Positions 25,304 through 39,451 of a DNA stretch of 57,987 bases are shown here, in pieces; within the stretch, counting starts at the first letter, position 1; the number at the start of each line of letters is the position of its first letter. Source of the stretch: Intoshia linei. Taxonomy: Eukaryota > Animalia > Orthonectida. The notes below the pieces were generated by a model. It searched no databases, had not been told where the DNA came from, and saw only the letters and a program-made list of their open reading frames with translations. Position numbers and translations under genes: made by a program. Location of the stretch: NCBI GenBank assembly GCA_001642005.1, contig LWCA01000082.1, forward strand, positions 1 to 57,987, read 5' to 3'.

Positions 25304-27276
25304 ATGAGAAGACACGAAACTGAAGAAAGTAATGTGTTTTGGAACTATATTACGTCCTTCGATAAATTGTAATTTTTTCCATCAAATGATTACTTGTATT
25401 TATATTGTTAAATTAAGGGTATACAAATTGATAAAAGTTGATAACATTTCCCTAGTGCATTATTTTTATAGTGTGTATGACATACACTGTATATATTTTT
25501 CAAATTAATTATAATAATTATTTTGCTACATTAATAAATTTCCAAACCCCATAACTGTGTCATTTGATTTTAAACATTTATAAACTTTCTTAATTAACAA
25601 AATATATTTTTTTATTTGAAAATTTTAATTCCATTTTATTAGACTTTTATTTGAATTGAGGCTAAAAATTTGAAAATATTTCATATTACTGAATGTCAAT
25701 GAAATATACATTCAACTATTTCAACTTGTAATACAATTTAACTTAAATTTTAAGTTCATTTTATTGAATTAAATGAAATTTGACACCTTTCCTTAATGAT
25801 ATATCAGTTGTTTTCTTGGTTTTGTTTTGTGTGATACTAATTTTGATTGCAAAGATTACTTTTCATTACATTCAATGTATAATGTAAATAAACCTTTTTA
25901 TTATTTCATTAGCTTGGCTTTTTTTACTTTAAACGGTAGCTAGGTTTTGTCGAGGATTAACTGTTTTAATTTTTAACTGACCGACAAAATAAAGTTAAAA
26001 CAATATAATAATAGTTAACTTAAATTAATGATGGGTAAATAACCCTAAAATGAATTTAAATTAACTGAGTTCCACAAAAAATAAAATTGTAATTATCTCA
26101 TTGAATGTGGTTGCAATAGAATAGTAACTTTATCATCACAATGTGATCAATTAATTTGGTATCCTCTTAAACTTTTATCATAAATAAGATATTAAAAACT
26201 ATTGGAATGTTGGTTTTTTAAATTTTAAAACAAACTTGATAAATTGACTTCTAACTCGTAAAAATTATTTCTCAGATCAGTACTGATCCGCGCACCGGCA
26301 TTTGGGAACGCTGCTTTAGACATTTTAAATAATTTCATTTATGTGTGTATTTGAATTATATTTTTAATTTAGAAACTTGGACACACAACATCATCTTAAA
26401 AAGGTCTATGCGACTCTGACTATATCAACATTGGTAGCAATGTTGGGAAGCTATGCATACATAGTCAGTGAATTTTTTAGGGTAAAAAATGTAAATTCAA
26501 ATATATTTTCATTTAGTTTGGAATAATTGCTTTAATAGTGGGAATAGCATCTATTGTCATGTTAATGACGACGAAACATACTAAAAACAATGTGAATATA
26601 AGAACAGGATATTTGATGAGTTTTGCATTTACTTCAGGAATATCTCTTGGTCCCATCATTTCAATTGCTATGCATATTGATGAAACGTAAAAACCATTCT
26701 TAAAAATTAAATTTTTAACTTTAGCATTGTAATGAAGGCATTTGCCTTGACCTGTATTATATTTTTTTGTTTTTCTATGGCCTCCCTCAAATCTGCGAGC
26801 GAAAGAAAATATTTGTATTTGGGAGGTGATGAAATGCTTATTTTTTAAATTAATTTTCTTAAATTTAGGTACAATTTTGACATTGACTAGTGTGGTTTTC
26901 TCATTGTCATTGGCAAATTTGTTCTTTGGATCCATGCTTTTATTTGATATTACACTCTATGCTGGATTAGGAATGTTTTTGATGTACATTCTCTACGATA
27001 CCCAACTTATTGTTTACAAATTCGATAATGGCGATGATGACTATATAAAGTAATATTACAGGGTCAGTAACTTACTATGCGTTTGATATTGACAAAATTT
27101 GAAAGTAAATTTCAGAATGTAAAAACTCGCACGCGAATAGAAAATTTTTAGTCATATCCTAACTATTTATATACCCTTTTAGACATTCTTTGGATCTCTT
27201 TATCGATTTCGTGGCCATCTTCCGAAGGCTCGTTATAATTTTGGCAATGAATAATGAAAAAAAGAGTAAAAAATAG
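25304..27276 (+). CDS. TMBIM6: Bax inhibitor 1
   Basis: Exons 25304-25368, 26373-26481, 26517-26686, 26725-26825, 26869-27049 and 27183-27276 splice in frame. Motifs TQHHLKKVY, RKYLYLGG, YILYDTQLIV, DDDYIKHSLDLFIDFVAIFRRLVIILAMN and a basic tail EKKSKK. Confidence 0.93.
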
Positions 27277-27331
27277 TACAAGAAAATAAATAATAAATTT
27301 TATTCAATACAAAAATATATAAACGAAAATT

Positions 27332-27638
27332 TTACTGAAGAGTTTTTAATTTTTCTAAACCCTCTCCATCTCGATCATCACTGATTAGTTTGAATATATT
27401 TTTATACTAAATTGAAATTTTTAAAATATATTAATGTACAAATCATACAACCTTTTCGATTTTATTGTAAAGGTTATAAATGAAAACGATGTCGTGATCA
27501 ATTTTTTCTTCAATATATTGATATCGAAGTTTTTTCCTTGCTATAGAATATAATTATAATAAAATCAAATAAACCTCTGCAATCTCTTGCAGATTGACGA
27601 CATTTTTCGCGTCTTGTATCATCATTTAATTCATTCAT
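27332..27638 (-). CDS. CREBL2: bZIP protein CREB-like 2 (REPTOR-BP family)
   Basis: Exons 27638-27575, 27540-27452 and 27406-27332 give MNELNDDTRREKCRQSARDCRARKKLRYQYIEEK..., matching the CREBL2 signature RQSARECRARKKLRYQYLEE. Absent from the ORF track. Confidence 0.88.
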
Positions 27639-28823
27639 CAGCCTAGGAATATTTTATCGATAAATATCAAAATTTGCTTACTTGTACAAATATTATAATT
27701 ACAATGTTTTATTTACGTAACAAAATAAATTCAGAGACAAGACTTGTGATTTATCATTTTTAAAAAAATTCTTGTTTAGTGTTATAGAATTTCAAAATTT
27801 AGATGCGTACATTTTAACGTCTAAATTTAAATTTCAATCGATACGTGAACTATATATTTAGGTTGCTATAGAATTGTAAGTTTTTTAAAACTAGAACTAA
27901 TAGATTTAATTTACGCGACGTTTCAGTTTTTAATTTGATTTACTTTTGTGTCAGGTGTAGTCGTAGTTAAGTAAATTAATCTAAATGAATACAAACGTGT
28001 AAAATTAACTTGATAATCAATGGTGGAAAAAATGTATATTTTGATACTTTCCTTCTGGTTTAGTCATCCACGATACATGTTATAAATTACATCTATCGCG
28101 AAATCGAGTAAATATTTATCACAATCAGTGAGTTACATGTGATTGTGAGCCTTGTTGGTTGTTACTAAGCGTTTATTGTATCTACATACATTCAAACTAC
28201 CCCTAATAAACAGAACAATATATGCGTTTACAATTAACTTTATTGTACACAGTGGAAATTTAATTCTGAAAACATTTAATACATACAGCAAATACAAAAT
28301 TTAATTTATATATTTCAAGATAATGTAAAAACTTCACATTGAATTAATATAGAATAGAGTAATCTATGCTATAATTTATTAATTTTATTTTTTAAAAAAC
28401 TGCTTATTTCTTAAAAATACGAAAAGGTCAGTTTATACATAACATACAAAAAGGACCGCAATTTATTAAAATAATGTTTATGAAACAGAAATTTGTTGAA
28501 TATTGTTTATTATCGCGTTTTTAATTTATTAATTAATCATTTAAAAAAATTAAAATTATACAATCATACTGTAGTATACCAGGGTTACAATTATGCGACC
28601 CGCATTATAACAAAATTTTTAACCCATTTTTTTATTTACATAATCTATAAATTAATTTAATGATTTAAGTGAAGATATTTTTTTGTCACATTTGGCCTAA
28701 CCAGGAAATTGAGTCTGATACCCCTTTAGTATACATATATTTAGTGTACTATTATATATTAAATGATGGTGACATAATTTAATCAAGCGACTATAATGAG
28801 AAAGTTTTAAAAATAAATTTAAG

Positions 28824-29378
28824 CTACAAATATTTCGACGTTTTGCCTTGTAATTTTTTTTTGTATTTTTCTAAAAAATCCAACTCTGAGTCAATATCAA
28901 TTTTACTAGACAAGACAATCAATGATTCAACGTTTTTTAAAGCCATATCTATATTTTCTTCATTCTTAGATAGATTATTAGATGGTGGAGTATCCATAAT
29001 TTCAAAATCATATTCTGAATCAAAAGGAAAGGTATCGTTATGTGCAGTTGTAAATTCATTAAACCTATTAACAACATCGATTGATAAATTTGCCGACATT
29101 TAATCGATTTCAATATCATCATTCTGGTCGTTTGTCCTGTTCTTTAAGGTTTTTCTCATTTGCAAAGATTTTTTACTATCGTCACTTCGTTGCAGAATTT
29201 GTTCTTTTTGTCGAGCTATTGTGACAATTGTTTGTCTGGCATATCAAGTTCAACTGCCACCTGCATTAGTTATATCATTTATTTATTTATATTTATTACC
29301 ACTGTGTATGATTTCCCTTCTAACCTCTTGATAATATCAATTTTATCAAAGATATTGATTAATTTTCGTTTAATCGTA
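28824..29378 (-). pseudogene. Tigger/CENP-B-like relic (N-terminal HTH plus C-terminal tail, no DDE core)
   Basis: KRKLINIFDKIDIIKRLEGKSYTV|VAVELDM/RQTIVTIARQKEQILQ resembles the CENP-B-type HTH. It has a 39-nt in-frame GT-AG intron at 29261-29299 and two 1-bp frameshifts. The downstream acidic ORF 28824-29099 resembles TIGD tails. Confidence 0.55.
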
Positions 29379-29883
29379 TAATTAATTTCGTTTTTTTAAA
29401 TTTTAAAAAGATTTGTTCTCGTGTTTAAAGAATTTAAAGAATGCGCTATATTTACTTTATTACTTTTTCATTTTTAAAGTTGTCTTAGTAATAAAAAATA
29501 TTTCATAAAATGTATGTATTGTGTAATTTAGCTGTATGTATTATCAAGATTCCACTCTACAGTAATTTAGGTTCTAGTTAGGTTTGCTTCATACCTGGTA
29601 CAATTCAAGACTGTTTATTCATTGTAACCCAATAAGTCATAGTTAATAGATCATACTTATTTTACACAATTTCGTTGATTGTCAATTCCTAATAATAGTT
29701 TATGAACTACAAATTAATATACTTGGCGTTGATTCAAATTTATAATATAGATTGGCACGATAACAAAAATGGTAGCTAACATTATGTTGTTCAGTGTAAT
29801 ACATGTATGTTTAACTTGACAACGTGAAAGGTTTGAGTTTAAATTTTAAAACATGGTAACAATGATTGTTGTCTAGTATATTA

Positions 29884-29891
29884 TTTGGCGC
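29884..29891 (+). promoter_or_regulatory. E2F-type site upstream of the Ki-67-like gene
   Basis: TTTGGCGC, 68-75 nt before the ATG at 29959. Confidence 0.4.
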
Positions 29892-29958
29892 AATTTACAT
29901 TTATTTATCAACACAGAATTGTTATTAAAATATTTTAAAAATTCAACAACATTTTAAT

Positions 29959-32900
29959 ATGACTACTTATGGTACTTTCATTATGATTAATTCCAACAAT
30001 AATGTCACGTTTGACTCTCCAATAACCAAAAAAATTTATACAATTGGAAGGTAACTAGTGTATGTATCTTTTTTAAATTTTATGTTATATTAGCGATGAC
30101 AGCTGTGATATCAAGTTAAATTCCGATGGAATATCCAAAATTCACTGTGTTTGTAGAATGAAACCTAATGGACAAGTATATTTATTATGTCAATTGATTA
30201 TGTTAAAATTTTCGTACACTACATTAGTTGAAATGTTTGAAATAGGGCTGCGTTACTAAATTTTTATTATCTAAATTAATTGCTAAGATTGTTGCATTAC
30301 ACATGTATACATCTTTTAGATAATATCTATGATATGGATCATTGAACAAGTGTTAATTACTATACAAAGTGTAAGTTATTGCAGCATTTCATTTTCAATA
30401 TGTATACTTATTTTAATACTTGATCACATATTACAATGTTATACAATTATTAATAATTACAATGTAGTATGTATTGAATATAATATTGGAGAGGGAAGGG
30501 TAATAAATTGAAAATTTAATAAGAGAGATGAACATTTAAGATATCAATTAAATGTCATGCTGTGCTGTTTTTTGGATAAAATATGTTTTTAATGTAGGCG
30601 TAATTATTAACTGACGAATATGACTTAATTGTTTATGTTACACTTGGTAACTTATTAGTCTGTTGGTTGACACAAGGATTAGAACGGAATGTCAGATTTT
30701 GATTGTTAACATGTAAATTAAGGCGATATACATTATACATTAAGATGGTCCAAATTCAAGTAAAAAATCAAAAATTAAAAAGTACTTTTTACAGTTAGAT
30801 AAGGGTGGTTACCACCCGATGGTATATAATTATTATATTATAATGACGATTCTCGAAATAATGTTTCAATTCGTGTAAATTTCATCCACCACTATGACAA
30901 TGGTATGACCATTATTATAATATTTATATAATACAGGCTAATTAGTTAACGAAATAATTGGTCCTGAAAAAATCTCATTCCGTCAACGATGAATTTTTTA
31001 TAAATAATGTATATGTTACCGTCTGTTTGGAGTTTCAGTCATTCTTCGGAAAGTGTAAAAAATTTAAAGTGGATTTTTTCCTTGAGGTTTGGTAAAAGTG
31101 AATTTTGGAATGATGGATATTGAAAAAATTAAAGAAAATTTTTCATAATGACTGAAACTCCAAACGGACGGTAACATACATTAAAACAGTCGTTCTCGAT
31201 TGGTGTCCAAAAATATATGCCTAGAGTATTCGATTCGCATAATTATATAGAAAAATTTTGAACAACTTTTGTTTATTTTTATGATTTAGTTTTTAGATGT
31301 TGATTACCCCAAAGCCTAGACGATCGCTACATTATTATTTCAAAAATCACACTTTTATCCCACCATTAATAAAATTTAATAAAAAATACCATTTCAAGCC
31401 CTCAGAAAAAAATTGACTTATACCGATATTTTTTTATCCCACATCGAGTCATAAGTATTATAAGCTTACATCAAACCCAAGTTAAGAATGTATACTAATT
31501 ATTGGAATTATAAGAATGTCTAAGAATGTGTTATTGAAAAATCTATTTTACGAAACCTTATGAAAAAAATCCAATTTTACCAACCCTTAACTCTTTCACT
31601 GTCTGATGCAATTTTATGTACTATTACCACACGTCTGGAATTTATGTTTTAATTTAAACTTGTATTATTTTTAAATTACTACCTATGTGAAAATGTATGA
31701 AAATAAAAGAATAAAGTTTTGCAAAATTATGCTGTGTATAGTATATATATATGTATAGTATATATGTGTATATTATATATATAATAGATACACAGACAGT
31801 GAAAGGGTTAATACGCTTCTTACAATATTTTTTTGAAAAATACGATTTTACCAAATCTTATTAGACAAACCTCTTATTCCAACCTCAACATAAAACTCCA
31901 ATATTACCAATGTTTAAGGGAATGTCCTCTCTTTCAAATTTTATTTTGAAAAATCTTATGAGCAACAACTTCCTCATCTAAAACACAAAATAAAAAATGA
32001 AATTTTACCAATCTTCAATAAAAAAATCATATGTTGAAAACATATATGCGTTTCATGTCATATAATCTACCGTTATTATCATTATTAATCAAGAAGAAAA
32101 TAAAATGTTTTACATACCTAAAACTTAAAAAAGCTTTAGTATAATTATGATGCTAGTCATTTTAAGTTAAAATTAAACTTACAGAATTTTTTTATTTGAA
32201 AAATTCACAGTCTGTTAATCAGGATTTTTTTCAGTTAAACAGGAATTATCCTGTATAAACATTTCAAGGGTAGTTATTATAATTGAGTGATGATTATTAA
32301 TTAATGAAAGCGGCGAAGATTCATTTTATGAAATAATAAATTCATCTAGAATTTGTACTAAACTAAGAACTAAATTCGTCGACCACAAGACCGAAGATCC
32401 TGGGATATTTAACAGAAATTTTATTTTTCATTTATTCCAAAATTTAGACTATAATTAAAAAATTTTAACAATAAGGGTTTATCAAATAAATTTGACTAAA
32501 AATTGTATTATAGTTTTTACTTGTAAATAAATCAAGATTTGGCATTACTAAAGTGAATAAAAGGCATATACCGTATGATTCTAGTGCAAATATTTACGCT
32601 GGTGATATACTGAACGTTGGTACCTATTATTTCAAATATGCAGCCGATAAATCTGCAATTGGAGGATTTTTAAAGCCTTCTATGAACGTTTTTAAACCTG
32701 GACAAAGGATTCCTCGCATCATTTCAAGCACTCCGGTAATTGAATAATTATTATTTTATGTATTATATTTAATGTGATTTTTTAGCAGTATAAATGAAAT
32801 ATATTACCAAAAGATTAGTTTTTAGTAATTTTCCTCTTCCAACTTTTTAAGTGAAAAAATGTTTTTCCACTTTGAGTACTAATCTTAATAGAAGATGGCA

Positions 32901-35900
32901 ATAGCAAAAAAAATCTTTTTTAATGTTTGTCTATAATTTTTCGATCGTTCTAAGGTGGTCTTCCGGTTTTTATTAAGATTAATGTCATAATTTTATTTTT
33001 TATATTGTAGTCTATATAAAAATTTAGGGTGGATTTTAATTTTTATATAATGATGATATGACTACGATATTTGTTGAATTGAGATTTACATTTATACAAA
33101 TACATCTAAATGTTCAATATCTGTTAAAAGGGTATAAAGAAATCAGATTCTTGTTACCAATACTGTGGAGAGTCAATATTGGACCTGGGTGGTAAAATTG
33201 ATGTATCCATTTATTGATTTCTTTCAGCGTTAAGTAAAAAAATTTATAACATTATTTTCAATTCAGAATTGTAGACATCCTGATGAATAGTACATGTTTA
33301 AATATACTAATTTAATTTTTTTCTAATTGGATGTTATCTAAATTATTTGAACTTAATTAAGTTTATTAAAAAATTTAGATGGTTCAATCTAAAAAGATCA
33401 AAAATGATAAACTATTAAATAGAACAGTTAATTTGTCCAAAAGAACATTATTATCAGCTTCTAATGGCTTACAATCTATACCATCTAGTTCAGATAATAT
33501 ACATTGCATGATGTCCCCTAGAAAGGGTAAACTATCGAGAAATATATTGGACGGAATATCTCCAAAAACGTTTTATTCCAATATGGGAAAAGGTAGTTTG
33601 GACACTCCAAAAAATATAGAATATTATAAATCTCGAGTTAATTCAATGTGTAGTAAATTTATTAGAACTCACAAAATTGTTGAAGAAGCAAAAAAATCAT
33701 TTCAAAAATCGGATAAAAATAATAATTTTTCCGTAAAGAATGATGATTTAATGATGAATAAAAAAATGGAAGTTGGTGTAAAAAACAATAAAAAAGGGGT
33801 GAATCCAAAAAGTCTAAATGTAAACATTTTATGTGAAATTGGTAATTATGACAATACGCATGAAAGTAATCATGTTAAATCTGAACCTAATCCTTCTGAC
33901 TTTGAAGATTCTATAATTTTAAATAAAATTGAACATTTATCTCCAAATAAACACATGTCTACTCCATTAAAGGGTGATAATAGTAATGTTACTCAAGAGT
34001 GTAACGTTTCCGTGATTATGAAAAATGATGTAAACAATCAACGAAGATCATATGATTTATCTGATTCTGTATTTAATGTTACAGATATGACCGATGTTAC
34101 TGTCGACGAAAGTTTAGCTAGTGTTACTCTGATAAAATCAAATTTAAATATGGTTGCTCCAAAATTGAAGGAGGCAATGTGTAATCAGGATAGTAAAATA
34201 TTTAACCCGGATAATCTAATTTGTGATGTTGATAATACAACATGCAATATGGATATTTCAATGTCTGATGAAACTAAAATGGACACGGACGAAATGGATT
34301 CCATTAGAAAATCTAGACGTGTACACCAAAAACCGAAACGTTTCAGTTTTTCAATTAAATCACCTAAAAAACGTTTGAAAAAATCTGTAAATAATGTTTT
34401 TCAGCATTCTAAAAGTGCATTAAAATCCCAGACTTTAACTAAGAAACGAGTCGATACTCCAATGAAATCGAATTTGATGACTAACGATGCATTTATACCT
34501 ATAGCTTTAGTTCCATTGTCTAGTTTAAAAGACGGTTCCTTTCAAAATTCCTTTTCTGATGTTTACAATTTGAATAATTTTTATTCTCCTAATGTTAATA
34601 ATAAAATTGCTTGTAACTCCTTTAATGTGCCATCTAACAAAATTAAAAAATCGAAAAAAATTAATAAGACTGTAAATAGTCCAGACACAGTTGAATCGAT
34701 ACCCGAATTTAACACTGGAAGTAAATTTATGGCTGTTAGATCGTTATACGGAAAACATATAAAGCCACGAGTTTCTACTATCAAAAAAATGGATTCTCAC
34801 ATCGAATACTCTGAATTAAACACTCCAAATTATCCTGAACCATATGAAATGGTGTCACCGCTACTTGATGAATCTCGTCAACTGGAGTTTCACCCGTTTA
34901 CTTCTACTCCATTGATTAAGAAAAACCCCGTTGAACCAATTATCATTTCTCAACAAGGTACGTCCAATGTGTCTTTGTCGGATTGTGAATTTGACTATCA
35001 AAATATTAGTCAAGTACCTTTAATTAAATTACGTAAATTCTACATTAAACATGCTAGAAAAATAAAAATGACGAATAAAATTCAAGGAAATAAAACTGTG
35101 AATGTTAGCGGGTGCTCTAAATTGTTTGATACTCCCAAAAAGTCGGTCACTTTTAATTTAAAAAAGAATACAATACGTGATGCCGTTGCTGTTACTGAAC
35201 CACGACGTTCAAAACGAATGAGAAAGCCTACGTTTAAGAATGTTAATATGACAAGTACTGAAAAAAAAAAAAATACACTAGTTATTAGTAAGAAAGTTGT
35301 TAAAAAATCTAAAAAAAAAGTTAATAAAGTGTCCAAGAAAGGTAATTTTTTTTATTTGTATTGTTATTTTATTATTTAGCTCCCGTTAAAATAAAAAAAG
35401 CTAAAACTCAAACCGAAGCTAAGGGTATACTAAAAAACAATGTGATTGTTACAATTTTGTCTGATGATGAACCAAAAATAAAAAATAGGAAGCGTACTTT
35501 TTCATTTTTTAAACATAATGTATAATTAATATTTTGTATACTATTTGAATTCAAAGTGATATTTGTAGTAGTCACGTAAATTTATTTCTAGGTTTTTTAA
35601 TTTTTAAACTTTTTTGACGGGATAGAAAACCTTGTTTTAATATATAGATTAGTAATCTAGGCACACGGTTTTTAATTTATTGGATCCAAGTTGTATATTT
35701 ACATGGTGAAACTATAAGAGTGCGAAATTTTATCAATTATTGACTTAAATTTTAATATAAACTATTTAGCCGTAAAGTCTAAATATAATACTAAAACTGG
35801 TACAAAAAAGAAAACTGTGGCTATTCCTATTAAATCTAAATCAAAAAAACCGACAGCGAAAGGCAGTAAAAAAAATGGTATGTTGTTTGGTGTATTAATT

Positions 35901-35978
35901 TAAATTAAAATTTTAGTTTTTGATATTCTGGATGACACTCCAAAAAGAGTAACACGGTCGTCGACTCGAGTGATTTAA
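29959..35978 (+). CDS. Ki-67-like protein: N-terminal FHA domain, long basic disordered region, PP1-docking motifs
   Basis: Exons 29959-30050, 30094-30175, 32514-32735, 33379-35341, 35380-35493, 35770-35877 and 35917-35978 are phase-compatible. FHA motifs YTIGSDDSCDIKL, ISKIHC, TKVN and GDILNVG. Also KSVTF (RVxF), KGILK (SILK-type) and many S/T-P-x-K sites. The 666-aa ORF is an internal exon. Confidence 0.7.
31005..31183. repeat. Inverted repeat of about 37 bp (MITE-like hairpin) in an intron
   Basis: ATGTTACCGTCTGTTTGGAGTTTCAGTCATT at 31013-31043 versus AATGACTGAAACTCCAAACGGACGGTAACAT at 31147-31177. Confidence 0.8.
31591..31807. mobile_element. piggyBac-like MITE
   Basis: TTAA on both flanks; TIRs CTCTTTCACTGTCTG / CAGACAGTGAAAGGG. 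Confidence 0.8.
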
Positions 35979-36638
35979 TTTGTTTTTAGTCATGTTTATA
36001 GATATTTAATTAAATTCAACTTTATTTACTATTTTGTATATAATCTGCCCAATGGATTTCCACTATCTGAACATTGATTTTTAGTTTTTGTTAATCCTTA
36101 CTTATATAAAATGCTTTGTTTGTTATCGTTTATTTCAATATCTACGAATCTTAGAATTTTATAAAGTCCATATTTCTATTACAGTTTTTTCCGATGAAAG
36201 TAAGATAAGTTTCAACCTCCGAATTTCACATTCTTCTTTCAAAAATCCCAATTTTCTTTTTTTTTTTTAAAAATTAAACTGGTTTAAGAACTATGTAAAC
36301 ACCATAAAATGTTATATTTTGGTCGGTTTATTTAAATAGCAACGTTAAAATATATTTGTGAGGTGATTATTTATCCCACCCGAGTAGTTACGTATTAATT
36401 TACAAATTAATAAATATCAAATCTCTTTGATCTGATTACGTTTTCAATCAATCGTATTTTATTATAAAGATTGTAACTTGATTTCAATTTCAACAGAATA
36501 TTTCATTTTTTATTAATTTCAATACGGAATGCGTTACAGTTAGGGAACCGAAACGATCCAAATCGACTTGAGTCGACTCTTTATTGACAATTTTTTATTC
36601 CATGACAATTCGATTAATATATAAAAAATTTGCGCAAA

Positions 36639-38961
36639 ATGGAAATAATAGTTCATAATTATGTTGCAGGTAATTTCAATATTTTGTATTTTTAAAAAAA
36701 ATAATCAATGTTAAATGGTCATTGAAATGAGATAATGATATAATATGATGGTCTACAATTGTAATTGGTAATTTATTTTATTAGATTATCTAAAAATAAA
36801 CAATCCAAAATCTTACAAGCAATTTATCACGGAAAATAATTTGTCTCGATTTGACAAACCAAATTTGGAATTTTCTTCTTTAGAACAAATTTTGCATGAT
36901 GTGTACATTTTGAAAAAATTGGGTATTTTTAATAAAAGTCAAATATAAATCACATATCTTAATAGCTTGTCAATGGTGTAATTTTGATAATTTTGACTTG
37001 GTAGAGAATTTGAATTCACTGAAACTATATATTATTAATTTTTGATATTACATTTTATACTTCTTCAATAAAATAAACATTTACAATAAATTAATGACAA
37101 CCTAGAGCAGCAATGGGAACCTGTTACCCGCCGCTAAAATATTATACACTTGTATCCAGGGATTGGAAATTTGTATTTGCTAAATATTAATTTTTCAATT
37201 AATTGAAAAATGAAAAAATAATTTTCGTAATAAAAGATAGTATTAAATAAAGATGAAAAAATTAATTAAATTTTTTTATGTAGTTTAAAAATTAAATTAA
37301 TAATTATACACTATAATTTATAATAATACAATATTGAGGTGTCAAGTTGACACTGTCAACACTCGTTGTCGCGTATCACAGTCCCACCATTCTTTATTTA
37401 TTTCCTTGTTCGAAGAAAGAAATAAAATAAATATTATGAAAATATTTTCTAAATACTATTTTGCAAATAAAATATTATCAACTTTTCATTATTCTATGCA
37501 ATTTTAGAAAAATAGAAACGCGTTTGTCACCAGAAAAATGATGTATTTAACCTACTAACTTGACTTTTATGTACTTCGAACAAAGTGCATCCTAGTATTC
37601 ATTATAACCACATGACATTTTTTAAAAATGATTATGATATTGTTATCAATTTTCAATTGATTGAAATTTTTTATTTTTTATAAAGCAATTAATTGAAAAA
37701 TAATTTTTACCAATTAATTCCAATCCCTGCTTGTATCTATTATTATCATTATAGCTATTACCTCATAAGTTTCGGTCTACTGAAATAGGGAATTGTAGAG
37801 AATACTATATTGTTAATTTAAATTTTTAGATAAAAAGGCTAAATTATTTTCAATAATGAAAGATAAAGTGAACTGTTTAAAATTAGAGACTAAAAAAATA
37901 TTTACAGATTTGACCGAGTTTGAATTAAATTTAATTGAATTTTCTTCATTTTATCAAGAAATAAATATACCCTCCAAAACTAAGAAATGTAACCAATGCA
38001 TTCAAACCGAAAATGTTGACGTTGATAGTGTTAAGGTGGTTTTTTTCATTTAATATTTAAATTAATTACTAATTTGTAGTTTTGACATTACTAATTTTAC
38101 TAATCATAAAAAATTAAATTATATCATGATAATAATATAATTGAAGAGTCAATATTCTACTGTATTAGATTTTATTAAAATGATTTATCTGTAAATATAA
38201 TACGGCTAATGCAGTTTTATAATTAGAATTCAAAATTTTAGAATTTTTTTGACCATAAAGATTTGGCTCAAGACGTTGGAAAAATTAATAATTTTATAGA
38301 CTCAATAAACAAATCAAAAATGGTAGATTCATCATTAAAAGAAAAGGTAATTTGTAAATATATTTTGGTTTGTACCAATTTAATAATAATTGTTTTTAAA
38401 AAGAATCAAGAACTTAAAGGTATACTTTCTGGCTTTGAAAACACTGAAACGATGGAAAAAATGGCTCACGCTTTACAAAAACTTCCGTACATAAATTTGG
38501 ATGAATGTAACTTTACAGTTCCAAGTCATTATGAACAAATGTTGAATGAAAATGAAAGATTACTTAAAAATCCTCTAGATGTAAACTGGCAATTTGATAA
38601 TTCAAAAGTGGAACATTTTGATTTTTTTAATGTAACTGGAAAAAAAAGAATGTCAACTATAAAGGGAGATTTGCAATGCAAATATGTTAAAAATTATGAC
38701 AACGTTGGTGAAAATGTTGGTTCTTCCGGTAAAATGGCAAATGATTTAAATGTACCAAATTACAAAATACCAATTTCATATATTCACTGCGATGAAACTA
38801 AAAATTGTACTATTTTTTCAAATTCCAAAACTGCTATTCAATCAAACCATCCCAAAAATATTAAACCCAATCAACCATTTATATCAAATCAAATTGTGAC
38901 CTCTGTAGAAATAACCCACGTTGAACCAGCCTTGTCACCTCTGTCTGATAATATCGGTTAG
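36639..38961 (+). CDS. LisH-domain nuclear protein, NPAT/Mxc-like
   Basis: Exons 36639-36669, 36785-36922, 37830-38036, 38242-38346 and 38404-38961 are in frame. N-terminus MEIIVHNYVADYLKINNPKSYKQFITE...SSLEQILHDVYILKK is LisH-like. ETMEKMAHALQK resembles the NPAT LQEKLAENINK block. Confidence 0.5.
37157..37729. mobile_element. hAT MITE in intron 2 of the NPAT-like gene
   Basis: TIRs CAGGGATTGGAA / TTCCAATCCCTG and a perfect 8-bp TSD CTTGTATC. Confidence 0.88.
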
Positions 38962-39451
38962 TCTCATGAAACCTGAAAATAGTTATTTGAAATCTCTACA
39001 ATTACGTACATATGTATGTATGCTCTATTAAAAGTTTTTGTGATATGCCTTATTAATTTCGTTATCGTGTTAGGTGTTTTCAAAATAGAAGATAATACAT
39101 TACTTTAATGAATTTTTTACAAAATTCACCCAAAAGATTCGCGCCAAGGGTGATACAAGAATCTCTAAACGTGAAGCGAGATTTGGAGAAATTGTCTAAA
39201 TAGCAACATTGGTTGTATTTAGGTTTCATATTTCAATATTTTAGTAGGTCATGACGAAGCCAGAGCCATTTATCCTTAGTGACCATACTACCTTTCAAGC
39301 ATCTTTAATATTACTTTTAAATATGAGACATTCGTTACTCGTATTCATTCATTAAATTATTTTCAGAGCTGATGGGATCGTCAAATAATTATTACAAGAC
39401 TCAAACTAAATTACATAACAAATTTCAATTACACTTTATTTTTCATAAATA

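Noticed and set aside
26513-26935. 140-aa minus-strand ORF
   Set aside because: Antisense shadow of BI-1 exons.
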